Shown piece after piece: positions 10,057-22,021 of a DNA stretch of 64,000 nt. Origin of the DNA: Candidatus Micrarchaeota archaeon (GTDB taxonomy: Archaea > Micrarchaeota > Micrarchaeia > Anstonellales > Bilamarchaeaceae); assembly GCA_038046805.1 (NCBI GenBank), contig JBBSVO010000003.1:19878-83877 (forward strand). The letters run 5' to 3'. The notes below the pieces were generated by a model. The model had not been told where the DNA came from, did no database searches, and saw nothing but the letters and a program-made list of their open reading frames with translations. The translations under genes were made by a program, and so were the position numbers. Numbering within the stretch: position 1 is the first letter of the stretch; each line of letters opens with the position of its first letter.

Positions 10057-10356
10057 TTATTGTGCCTCAGGCTTAAGAACCTCGAGAACAGTCCATGCCT
10101 TTGTCTTGCTTAATTTTCTAGTTTCACCAACGCTGACCATATCCCCTTCTTTTGCGCTTACGCAATCTGGATTGTGCGCCGGAGTTTTTGAACGAATCTT
10201 TGCCCTTCTTTGATATTTTGTTATGAAACGGATACCACTTCGTTCTACAATCACAGTTCTTTTTCCCTTGTCGCTGACAACCTTGCCAGTGAACCTTCCT
10301 CCGCGCACGCGGACAGAGCCATGAACATAACAGTTCTTATCGTTGCATTCAACCAT
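10057..10356 (-). CDS. rps17: Ribosomal protein uS17
   Basis: CYVHGSVRVRG and ETRKLSKTK motifs. Confidence 0.96.
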   Translation of the reverse strand: MVECNDKNCYVHGSVRVRGGRFTGKVVSDKGKRTVIVERSGIRFITKYQRRAKIRSKTPAHNPDCVSAKEGDMVSVGETRKLSKTKAWTVLEVLKPEAQ

Positions 10357-10419
10357 ACGATCACATTTTCTACGTTGATTACTTCTTATAGAACTCCGAT
10401 TGAAAATTCACTATTTTCA

Positions 10420-10446
10420 ATTCTGTCGGAAACGTTTTTCCTCCAT
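10420..10446 (-). promoter_or_regulatory. Conserved stem-loop motif, copy B (ATGGA-GGAAA-aacg-TTTCC-GACAGAAT)
   Basis: 26/27 identical to the copy at 21923-21949; intergenic, upstream of rps17. Confidence 0.6.
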
Positions 10447-10496
10447 CCAATAGAATCCCATAAGGAAATGAAACCTCAGCCTGAACTGCGGTTCAA

Positions 10497-10522
10497 ATCG
10501 GTCGGAAACTTTTTTCCGCCAT
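10497..10522 (-). promoter_or_regulatory. Conserved stem-loop motif, copy A (ATGGC-GGAAA-aaag-TTTCC-GACCGAT)
   Basis: Variant copy in the SUI1-rps17 spacer. Confidence 0.5.
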
Positions 10523-10546
10523 GAAAAGTATGAACTTTCCAAAGGA

Positions 10547-10852
10547 TTATTTTACTTCAATAATCTCCTTGGGATATCCCAACTTGACAAGAAGCTCAGG
10601 AATCCGTTTTTTATGGTTCCCCTGAAGCACGATTACGCCGTCTTTTGCGGTCCCTCCACACGCAAGACCGTGTTTAAGACGACTTGCGGTTTCATTCAGA
10701 TGCACAGGGTCAAGACCCTCGACAACAGTAACCAATTTTTTGAACTTCTTTGACGTAGTATATACTTTTATTTTTGCAGTCTCCTGCTTGTCCAGAATCT
10801 CGCAAACACAGAGATCCTTCAACATTCCACACTTGTTACATATATCACTCAT
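10547..10852 (-). CDS. sui1: Translation initiation factor aIF1/SUI1
   Basis: CNKCG..LCVCE and LKHGLACGGT..LQGNH motifs. Confidence 0.95.
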   Translation of the reverse strand: MSDICNKCGMLKDLCVCEILDKQETAKIKVYTTSKKFKKLVTVVEGLDPVHLNETASRLKHGLACGGTAKDGVIVLQGNHKKRIPELLVKLGYPKEIIEVK

Positions 10853-10925
10853 TAATACAAACCTCGACAATATAATACATAATATTTAACAAACGTCAGA
10901 TTTACGTAGTAAAACTTATATTTCG

Positions 10926-11153
10926 TCATGGATTCTTTTTAAATGCTTGCTTTTTCTGTTCAGGTACCTTTGACTTTCCATCTTCAGAACCTGCCTTTGA
11001 AATGAATGTCTTGAGCCGAGCAATTGCCGTTTTAACTGGCCTTTTTTTATTGCTGCCCCCGACTTCCAGAAGAGACTTTGAAAGCTCCTCAAGCTTTTTG
11101 AGCATTTCAGCTTTTGTTAATTTTTTTATATCACCAGTACGAAGTACAGCCAT
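10926..11153 (-). CDS. rpl29: Ribosomal protein uL29
   Basis: LR..DIKKL..KTAIARLKT pattern; position after rps3. Confidence 0.88.
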   Translation of the reverse strand: MAVLRTGDIKKLTKAEMLKKLEELSKSLLEVGGSNKKRPVKTAIARLKTFISKAGSEDGKSKVPEQKKQAFKKNP

Positions 11154-11164
11154 GTTTTTCACCA

Positions 11165-11851
11165 TTATTTAGTAACCACTAAATGAGGATCAGGAGGCAT
11201 TCCGGGTTTTCTGGAAACCGGCGCATCCGCAACCTCTATGACCTTTGGAATAATAACTGCTTTGGAAGAATCCTTATCAGGAAATATTGTTCCTGGAGGA
11301 ACAATTCTTGCAAGAACACCAATGATTCCTGATTTTGTGAGCGCATTTACATGTGCCTCGCGGACAAGCCTTGCCGGCTCGCCTGCTTTTGGAATATAAC
11401 CCGCTGAGACATGAAGGGATTTTGCACGAGCGCCCTTTGCACCGATTTTTCCTGATGCAACAATTTCAGCACCAAGCGCACCAGATTTAAGAATTTCACG
11501 AAGAAGGAAATGCATAACCTGCCTTACCTTTTTACCCATTTCAATATATTTTGCTGCCTTCTTTGCCACAAGACGCGGCTCAAGATACTGGTTCTGAACA
11601 TCAACAACGCTTATTTGAGGATTTTCTATTCCGAATTCGGTTTTGATTGCCTCTGTTAAATCATTAATGAATCTTCCTTTTCTTCCGATGACTTTTCCAG
11701 GATTCATAACTTCTAGTGTTATACGCGTAACGAGCGGGGTTCTCTGGATGTCTACTCCTGCAAGCCAGGCATTTTCAAGTGCCTTTTCCAGGAATTTCAT
11801 CATTTTGTATTTGCCGATCGGCTCATCAATAAATTTTTTCTCGTAGACCAT
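11165..11851 (-). CDS. rps3: Ribosomal protein uS3
   Basis: KH domain PGKVIGRKG; GAEIVASGK motif. Confidence 0.96.
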   Translation of the reverse strand: MVYEKKFIDEPIGKYKMMKFLEKALENAWLAGVDIQRTPLVTRITLEVMNPGKVIGRKGRFINDLTEAIKTEFGIENPQISVVDVQNQYLEPRLVAKKAAKYIEMGKKVRQVMHFLLREILKSGALGAEIVASGKIGAKGARAKSLHVSAGYIPKAGEPARLVREAHVNALTKSGIIGVLARIVPPGTIFPDKDSSKAVIIPKVIEVADAPVSRKPGMPPDPHLVVTK

Positions 11852-11868
11852 AAAGTCACTTCACTTCT

Positions 11869-12498
11869 TCAGATCTTCTGATCAGATTCCATTCTTTGCA
11901 TCAGACTTTTCTCTTCTGTTTTCAATTTTTCTTTTCTGACTACGCCCTTTGCATCAGATACTTCTTTCTGCACAGTGGCCTTAACATCGGTCTTCATATC
12001 CGACTTTGCCTTTTGCTCGGCCTTTTTCTGTTCCTTTTTTTCTTTCGGAGTTTCTACAACTTCCTTGAGCACGATTTCTATCTTAGCCAGCTCATAATTG
12101 GCCCGATTGCGCCTTCCCTTGGGCGAAAGCCTTGGATAAGTAAAGGTTTTGTTAGCAGCAGCATGGAAAATCATGCGCTCTTCATTAAGACCAACAACGT
12201 CTGCATTCGCAATCGCACTTTTCAAAACCTTTAAAACAAGACCTGCAGCTTTTTCGGGATATCTTCCTTTCTTCCCGCCAAGCTCTTTTCTGTGACCTAG
12301 TCTTTTGTTGTAGGATTTGAACATGATTGGAATTTCTCCTTTTGCTGCCCGTTCAAGAAGTGAAAGAGCCGAACCAGTGCGTTTGCCCTTGATCCGTCCG
12401 CATACTTCGCAGAGATCCTTGTACGAAGCCTCAATTCCATTGGCAAGCGCGAAAGCGAACATATCTTTTTTATCTTCTGGAATTTTACAGGAATACAT
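11869..12498 (-). CDS. rpl22: Ribosomal protein uL22 (start 12498 or 12513)
   Basis: SYKDLCEVCGRIKG and GRYPEKAA motifs; charged C-terminal tail. Confidence 0.93.
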   Translation of the reverse strand: MYSCKIPEDKKDMFAFALANGIEASYKDLCEVCGRIKGKRTGSALSLLERAAKGEIPIMFKSYNKRLGHRKELGGKKGRYPEKAAGLVLKVLKSAIANADVVGLNEERMIFHAAANKTFTYPRLSPKGRRNRANYELAKIEIVLKEVVETPKEKKEQKKAEQKAKSDMKTDVKATVQKEVSDAKGVVRKEKLKTEEKSLMQRMESDQKI

Positions 12499-12512
12499 AA
12501 ACACAACACCCA

Positions 12513-12908
12513 TCACTTGAGCGGAACGAACTTGCTTCCTCGTGTAGCTCCTACACCCGGACCGGAATGCAGAACACGTGAACATGAATGGGAATAATCT
12601 CCAAGTCTTTTTCCGATTTTATCCCAGGTTACATCAACCCGCTTGAACTCCTTTCCATTATAAACGCCAAATGCTGCACCCATCCATTCTGGAATGATAA
12701 TTGCATCACGAATATGAGTCTTTATGAGCTTCTTTGGATTTTTCGCAAGAACATCGCGGACTTTCTTCATGAAATTCTTCAGACGCGGATTCTGATTGAG
12801 CCTCTTGATCGTGCGTCTGTTCCTCGAAGTAGTCATCTTCGTAAACTCGTCTAATGTAATTGACGGAATCTTTTCCGGTTCAAACCCCTTAAATGATTCT
12901 TTTTTCAT
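12513..12908 (-). CDS. rps19: Ribosomal protein uS19
   Basis: KTHIRD, YNGKEF and GVGATRGSKFVPLK motifs. Confidence 0.97.
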   Translation of the reverse strand: MKKESFKGFEPEKIPSITLDEFTKMTTSRNRRTIKRLNQNPRLKNFMKKVRDVLAKNPKKLIKTHIRDAIIIPEWMGAAFGVYNGKEFKRVDVTWDKIGKRLGDYSHSCSRVLHSGPGVGATRGSKFVPLK

Positions 12909-12934
12909 CGGATATCACCAAATATTGAAATATA

Positions 12935-13690
12935 CTAGCGTCTTTCCGCTGCATCTGCCGTAACCTTTGCCTTTTTCCTTCCAGTCGATCTTGCTGCGAT
13001 GTGCCCAACTTTGGAACCTGGAGGTGCGCCTCTTGCAACAGTCGTTGGTTTTCCTACGTGGTGCTGCTTTCCACCGTGAGGATGGTTGTATGCAGCCATG
13101 TGAACACCACGCAATTTAGGCCACATTCTGTTTTTTGCCTTGTATTTGTAGTGAGCAGTACCGGCCCTAAGCAAAGGTTTTTCTCCTCGTCCTCCTCCTG
13201 AAACAAGGCCAAGTTGTGCCCTGCATTCATTTGAAAGAGTTACTACTGCCTTGCTTGGTAATTTAACATAAACGATTCCGCCTTCTTTTGAAATAATATT
13301 AGCATATGAACCAGGTGCCTTGACAAATTTTCCGCCATCTCCTGCATTTCTTTCTATATTATATATATAAGCACCATCAGGAAGCCTGTAAAGAGGAAGA
13401 ACGCTTCCCATTGTAAGTCTTGCCTGCGCGCCTGCATCAATAGAATCTCCAACTGCAATCCCTTCCGGAGCTAAAAGCAATCCGGTTTCCCCATTATCAT
13501 ATTTTACTTTCATAAGCAGCGCATCGCGTGCCGGGTCGTCGATAAAGGAAAGCACCTGCCCGCGCAGGACGCCTGTTTTTTCAACATCATCGTAAGAACG
13601 GTAAGAAAGATCGGCCTTAAATCTGGATGTTGGTGCCCGGTATCGTGGCGTTCCTTTTCCCCTTCTTTGCTGTTTTAATCTTTTTCCCAT
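12935..13690 (-). CDS. rpl2: Ribosomal protein uL2
   Basis: MGKRLKQQRRGKG, HPHGG and GSKVGHIAARSTG motifs. Confidence 0.98.
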   Translation of the reverse strand: MGKRLKQQRRGKGTPRYRAPTSRFKADLSYRSYDDVEKTGVLRGQVLSFIDDPARDALLMKVKYDNGETGLLLAPEGIAVGDSIDAGAQARLTMGSVLPLYRLPDGAYIYNIERNAGDGGKFVKAPGSYANIISKEGGIVYVKLPSKAVVTLSNECRAQLGLVSGGGRGEKPLLRAGTAHYKYKAKNRMWPKLRGVHMAAYNHPHGGKQHHVGKPTTVARGAPPGSKVGHIAARSTGRKKAKVTADAAERR

Positions 13691-13703
13691 AAAAATTCCT
13701 CTG

Positions 13704-13742
13704 AATTTTTATACTGTCGGAAACCTGATTGGTTTCCTCCAT
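13704..13742 (-). promoter_or_regulatory. Conserved stem-loop motif, copy C (ATGGA-GGAAACC-aatca-GGTTTCC-GACAGTATAAAAATT)
   Basis: Stem extended by two extra base pairs with a different loop; lies upstream of rpl2. Confidence 0.6.
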
Positions 13743-13762
13743 CCCATCCAATTCACCTGAGA

Positions 13763-14011
13763 TTATGCGAGTTTCAATTTCGTTGCAATATCTTCTGCCT
13801 TTGAACCTTCGGCAAGCTTGACTAAAGCGTGCTTTTCCCCCTTTGGAGAGATATAAGTGCGAACATCCGCAACCTTTACGCCAAATGTTTTTTCAACTTC
13901 ATCTTTGACATTCTGTTTTGTAGCCCGCACGTCTACTTTGAATACGATTGTGTTATCATACTCGATTTTCTGAATGAATTTTTCCGTTTTTATTGGAGCT
14001 AACAGTATCAT
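13763..14011 (-). CDS. rpl23: Ribosomal protein uL23
   Basis: PIKTEK, NTIVFKVD and KHALVKL motifs. Confidence 0.95.
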   Translation of the reverse strand: MILLAPIKTEKFIQKIEYDNTIVFKVDVRATKQNVKDEVEKTFGVKVADVRTYISPKGEKHALVKLAEGSKAEDIATKLKLA

Positions 14012-14817
14012 GAACTCAACCTCTTTTCCAGAGCGCTTAATGCGCTTTCCGTGAAAACAGTTATTCTTCCGGCGTGTGTACCAGGAGCAAGATGAAGGAC
14101 CTTTAACCCTTCTGCATCAACCGCATCAACACCAGACAAATTTCTCGCAGCTTTTATTGCATCGCATTTCTTTCCGACAACAACAAGAACTGAACGCGGA
14201 ACTTTTGTCCTTACGGTTCTATGCCCTACACCAGAAATTGCACTGCTTTTTTCTTTTGAATTTTCAACAAGAGTGTAAATTTTCAATGCATCAAAAACCT
14301 TTTCGATATCTTTTGTTTTTTTCAGATTTTCGAAAGAATTTTCAAGAATAAACGGAAGAGAAGAAAGAGACAACTGGGAATTTGCAACGCATCTTGCGGA
14401 TACAACGGATTTATTTGCTGTTGCAGATAATGCACTGCAAAAAGCAATCTGATATTCTTTTTTGTTCATTTCCTCAACAAGTTTTTCTGTTACCTTCGGA
14501 GGATGCGCCCTTCTTCCTTTTACTGAATGCGGAACGCGTTTTACTTTTCCCAACTGTCCTTTTGGAAGAACTTCGTGTGGAAGGTGTGGAATACCCTTAT
14601 TCTTAACAGTACCAAAATCTTCCTTGCGTCCTTTGTATCTTGCACTTGTTTCAAGACCTGCAAGAGGATATGAGCCTTTTGGCTGGAATGTCCGGCTTTC
14701 CTCGCTGAGAACTGCCCGTTTTATGAGGTCATCGCGATACGGATACTGAAATTGTGCCGGAAGCTGGACATCACGCACGTGCTTTCCGTCAAGAGAATAT
14801 ATTTCTGCTTTCATCAT
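14008..14817 (-). CDS. rpl4: Ribosomal protein uL4
   Basis: GRRAHPP and LAPGTHAGRITVF motifs. Confidence 0.96.
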   Translation of the reverse strand: MMKAEIYSLDGKHVRDVQLPAQFQYPYRDDLIKRAVLSEESRTFQPKGSYPLAGLETSARYKGRKEDFGTVKNKGIPHLPHEVLPKGQLGKVKRVPHSVKGRRAHPPKVTEKLVEEMNKKEYQIAFCSALSATANKSVVSARCVANSQLSLSSLPFILENSFENLKKTKDIEKVFDALKIYTLVENSKEKSSAISGVGHRTVRTKVPRSVLVVVGKKCDAIKAARNLSGVDAVDAEGLKVLHLAPGTHAGRITVFTESALSALEKRLSS

Positions 14818-14826
14818 GAACACCAA

Positions 14827-15789
14827 TTATTGCTGTGAAGCAACCGAAACAAACGAAACCGTCGGGTCCTTTGGCTGGACATTTCCTGCGCGGACACCAA
14901 GCCTGAGCCTTACGAGACGCTTAACCGGGCCGGGGATAGAACCCTTAAGTAGCAGATAATCATTCTTTACGAATCCGTACTGCAAAAACCCCCCTGAAGG
15001 ATTTACGTCTTCTGGCTTGTCACCTATCTTGAGCACAAACTTATTTAATTCCGTTCTTGTATGGTAGCCCATTTGTCCTGCCTGTGGCACTGTATATAAT
15101 ACATAAGCCGGATGCCACTGACCCAAGGTACCAACATGTCTTCTTTTTCCAGTTGCTTTTGGCCTTTGAAGAGAAACACCAAATCTTTTTACTGCACCTT
15201 GCCATCCTTTTCCTTTTGTAACTGCAATAACATCAAGGAACTCTCCTGGTTTGAAAAGATCTTTTACCCTTAGTTCTTTTCCAAGAAGTGATTTTGCATA
15301 TTCAAGTTTTTCTGAGATATCTTTTCCGCCAACACCGAGCTCGAGTTTTTCAACATGTTTTTTTCCGATGCGGGTCTTATCGGGTTGTGCATAGACCAAA
15401 ATGCGCACATCTGTTGCTTTGGCCTCATCAAATTTCTTTGGCTCAACCTTTTTTGCACCTAAAACTTTGAGAATGTTTGAATCAGAAACCAGAATATCGC
15501 CAATAGAATCATTTTGTGCACCATACCCTTTTGAATAGCACCTGATTCCGTAAACATAAACCGGCGGAACTTCGATAACCGTTGCTGCACCAACAACTTC
15601 CTGACCTTTTGTAGGAGATTCTGAATTGTCGATATAGGAAGCATGAGTCATTCCTGCCTTGTAACCTGCAAACCCAAGCACGCGTTTTGATTCACATGGC
15701 TGCCAGTAAACATCAGGCACTTGCCTTGCCGCGCGCTTTCGCGGCCTGAACGCCATAGAACCCCGTCTGGGTCTCCTTATGTCTGTCAT
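14827..15789 (-). CDS. rpl3: Ribosomal protein uL3
   Basis: RPRRGSMAFRPRKRA, GFAGYKAGMTH and GQMGYHTRTE motifs. Confidence 0.98.
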   Translation of the reverse strand: MTDIRRPRRGSMAFRPRKRAARQVPDVYWQPCESKRVLGFAGYKAGMTHASYIDNSESPTKGQEVVGAATVIEVPPVYVYGIRCYSKGYGAQNDSIGDILVSDSNILKVLGAKKVEPKKFDEAKATDVRILVYAQPDKTRIGKKHVEKLELGVGGKDISEKLEYAKSLLGKELRVKDLFKPGEFLDVIAVTKGKGWQGAVKRFGVSLQRPKATGKRRHVGTLGQWHPAYVLYTVPQAGQMGYHTRTELNKFVLKIGDKPEDVNPSGGFLQYGFVKNDYLLLKGSIPGPVKRLVRLRLGVRAGNVQPKDPTVSFVSVASQQ

Positions 15790-16009
15790 AACCGTTCACT
15801 GTTTGCAGTTTTGCGTCTTGTGTTCTGCTTCTTGCATTTCGAAACTCAATACCCAAGACTGAAAACGCTATTTGCATTGCCCTCAATAAAGAGGGTTGCC
15901 CGAGATAAAATTCGGTAAAGTGAATTATTAGGAGAAAGGTTTAAAAAGGATGGGGAGAGAAGAAATTCTTGAGCGCTTACGAGATGATAAGGGGCTTAGC
16001 TCCCCTCAA

Positions 16010-16642
16010 TTAAACAGAACCGCCTCTTGGCATGACCAAAGGGAAAATTGGCCCATAATCTGTATTCCACAATCTAACAAGAGGGGATGCAACCGGAGGA
16101 GACTCGGTAGTGAGAATAGTTACAAGAGCATTTCCAAGAATCGGAACAAGCGGAACAAATTTTCCAGTTTCAGAATCATGGCGCACAAGCTCCTGCCCAT
16201 AGACATAACTCACACCTGCATCGCGCAATCGTCCAACCAGCGGGCAGGTTCTAAACAGGGTAACATATGTGAAAAAATGCGTCTCGTCGAGCCCAAATGG
16301 AAAAATTCTGCAAACATCAGGCCTTGAACTATATATTCCACAAGAATCTTGTTTCAAAAATTTACAAACACGGTCTTTTACGGGAAGCAGCCAGGTTCCT
16401 TGTCCGTAAAAATCCATGCCGCCATGATCTGCACTGAGCATAAGAACATTATGAAAACTTCGGTCATTTCTGTGGACTCCAACAGACCAATGCCGCCTGC
16501 AACATGAATCAGTACAATTTGCACACGCACCTTCAACAAAAATTTTCTTTAAAATTCCGTCGACTACGTGCGGTTCGCGAAACGGAACTGGTGAACGTAA
16601 TATACGGTGTCTCAAACGGGTTTTTGGAACAACAAGTGGCAT
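16010..16642 (-). CDS. YkgJ-family Zn/Fe-cluster (CxxCxxCC) protein
   Basis: CANCTDSCC..CKFL..CGIYSSRPDVCRIFPF; start reassigned to MPLVV because the longer ORF runs through the tandem repeat. Confidence 0.75.
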   Translation of the reverse strand: MPLVVPKTRLRHRILRSPVPFREPHVVDGILKKIFVEGACANCTDSCCRRHWSVGVHRNDRSFHNVLMLSADHGGMDFYGQGTWLLPVKDRVCKFLKQDSCGIYSSRPDVCRIFPFGLDETHFFTYVTLFRTCPLVGRLRDAGVSYVYGQELVRHDSETGKFVPLVPILGNALVTILTTESPPVASPLVRLWNTDYGPIFPLVMPRGGSV

Positions 16643-16662
16643 AAAATTCGTAATATAACTTG

Positions 16663-16944
16663 TGGGAAAAGGAATAAAAAGAGTAGTTTGAGGATTGATT
16701 ATTAACAAAATATTTACAAGTAACGTTTTCTTTGGGGGTGAAACCCTCAGACCCTTTCTTTTCGCAAAAGAAAGGGGATATTGGATGGGAAAAGGAATAA
16801 AAAGAGTAGTTTGAGGATTGATTATTAACAAAATATTTACAAGTAACGTTTTCTTTGGGGGTGAAACCCTCAGACCCTTTCTTTTCGCAAAAGAAAGGGG
16901 ATATTGGATGGGAAAAGGAATAAAAAGAGTAGTTTGAGGATTGA
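16663..16944. repeat. Exact 123-bp tandem repeat (2.3 copies) containing an 11-bp perfect hairpin
   Basis: The 36-mer tgggaaaagg..gaggattga occurs at 16663, 16786 and 16909 with identical 87-bp intervals; hairpin ccctttctttt-cgc-aaaagaaaggg. Confidence 0.92.
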
Positions 16945-16957
16945 CTACAGATAGATT

Positions 16958-17392
16958 TTAAATTTCAGTCCGTCTTGTCTGCAATTTTATTTCAGCATTG
17001 AATTTCTTTTTCATGAATTCCTTTGCAGCCTTTATTCTTTCCCCGCTTTTTCCTATTGCTATACCGCGATCTTTTTCTGCAATTGTGAGAAACAAAACTT
17101 TTTGGCCCGGAGCTTCCCGCAATTCAACTGAGATTATTTCAACATTGCTGAAGAATCCACGCATGAAGTCCTCAATGTCACTATTGTCCCCGATTACCAC
17201 GACTTTTCTCCTGAGCGAGTCCCTGAGACGCTGAATATTCGCCCCGTTTTTTCCAATTGCTTTTCCTAAATCCGGTTTTGAAACAAGATAGTACATTCCG
17301 AATTCCGTGGAAATGAAATCAATTGGAATAACCCCAGTTATTCGTTCAAAAGCAGAAAAAAAATTAAGGTCATCCCCGGTTAACTCCACCAT
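16958..17392 (-). CDS. nusA: Archaeal NusA (KH domains)
   Basis: GKAIGKNG and GIAIGKSG KH motifs; follows rpl30e. Confidence 0.93.
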   Translation of the reverse strand: MVELTGDDLNFFSAFERITGVIPIDFISTEFGMYYLVSKPDLGKAIGKNGANIQRLRDSLRRKVVVIGDNSDIEDFMRGFFSNVEIISVELREAPGQKVLFLTIAEKDRGIAIGKSGERIKAAKEFMKKKFNAEIKLQTRRTEI

Positions 17393-17435
17393 AAAAATTA
17401 CACCAAATAATGGCTACTAGCTACTGGCCAATAGC

Positions 17436-17945
17436 CTACGCCTTCTTGCCCTCTTTCGCAATCTCAACGATGTTTGAACTTCCCTGCTCATAAACAGAAA
17501 GCACGGAAACAGGATATGGTTTTCCGCACACCGAACCTAGCTCTATTGAAGTTCCGGCAAAGTTTATGATTGGGACTCCTTTTGAAGAAGAGAGGTAGTT
17601 AATTCCTGACTTTACACGTGTAGGAGAATTTCCAGCAAGAACAAAAGCAAGACTGGTTGCACCCTTTTTCATTGCCTCATTAGAACCAAAACCTACTTTT
17701 CCGCTTTCAACAGCAAGCCTTATCGCACGTGAAACCGGACTTTCCTTTTCGCGTTTTGACTTTCTTCGCCTTACAAGTTTTTTCTTTGGTTCATCAACGG
17801 CTGTTTCATCTGCTGCTTCCGTGGACTCCGCGACGTTTTCCGCAACCTCTGCTGATTCCACTTCCTCGCTTGCATCTTGTGCCGCTTTCTTTGTAGTCTC
17901 CTCAGAAATATCTTCAGTTTCGTTTTCTTTTTTCTTTGCAACCAT
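17436..17945 (-). CDS. rpl30e: Ribosomal protein eL30 with an acidic N-terminal extension
   Basis: SGKVGFG and GTSIELGSVCGKPYPVSVL motifs. Confidence 0.92.
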   Translation of the reverse strand: MVAKKKENETEDISEETTKKAAQDASEEVESAEVAENVAESTEAADETAVDEPKKKLVRRRKSKREKESPVSRAIRLAVESGKVGFGSNEAMKKGATSLAFVLAGNSPTRVKSGINYLSSSKGVPIINFAGTSIELGSVCGKPYPVSVLSVYEQGSSNIVEIAKEGKKA

Positions 17946-17990
17946 AAATAACACCTCATTATTGTGAGCCTTGGGCCGTGAACATTACGC

Positions 17991-18040
17991 TTCGCGCGGA
18001 TCACGATAACAAAGCGCATCACTTCGTTCGCGCGGATCAC
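17991..18040. repeat. 14-bp direct repeat ttcgcgcggatcac (x2, period 36)
   Basis: Copies at 17991-18004 and 18027-18040 in the rpoA2-rpl30e spacer. Confidence 0.7.
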
Positions 18041-18076
18041 TACGTACCCACAGCTTATTGCCTATAGCCAAGAATA

Positions 18077-21897
<3,821 letters not shown>

Positions 21898-21922
21898 AAA
21901 AATTTCACCTTGCTAAATTTTT

Positions 21923-21949
21923 ATACTGTCGGAAACGTTTTTCCTCCAT
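21923..21949 (-). promoter_or_regulatory. Conserved stem-loop motif, copy D, followed by TATAAAAA
   Basis: ATGGA-GGAAA-aacg-TTTCC-GACAGTAT upstream of rpoA1. Confidence 0.6.
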
Positions 21950-22021
21950 AGACATATAACACACCCGGCAAATCACCAAATAATAATCATCTAATCATCT
22001 CATTATTAAATTATTAAATCA

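Noticed and set aside
10480-10505. GGTTCAAATC as a tRNA T-loop
   Set aside because: No acceptor, D or anticodon arms can be built; no tRNA or rRNA gene was recognised anywhere in the window
16643-16831. N-terminal extension of the YkgJ ORF
   Set aside because: It is read-through of the 123-bp repeat (the peptide itself is duplicated); a better start is at 16642
16663-16944. Three 36-bp repeats as a CRISPR array
   Set aside because: The intervening 87-bp segments are identical and too long; this is a plain tandem duplication, and there are no cas genes
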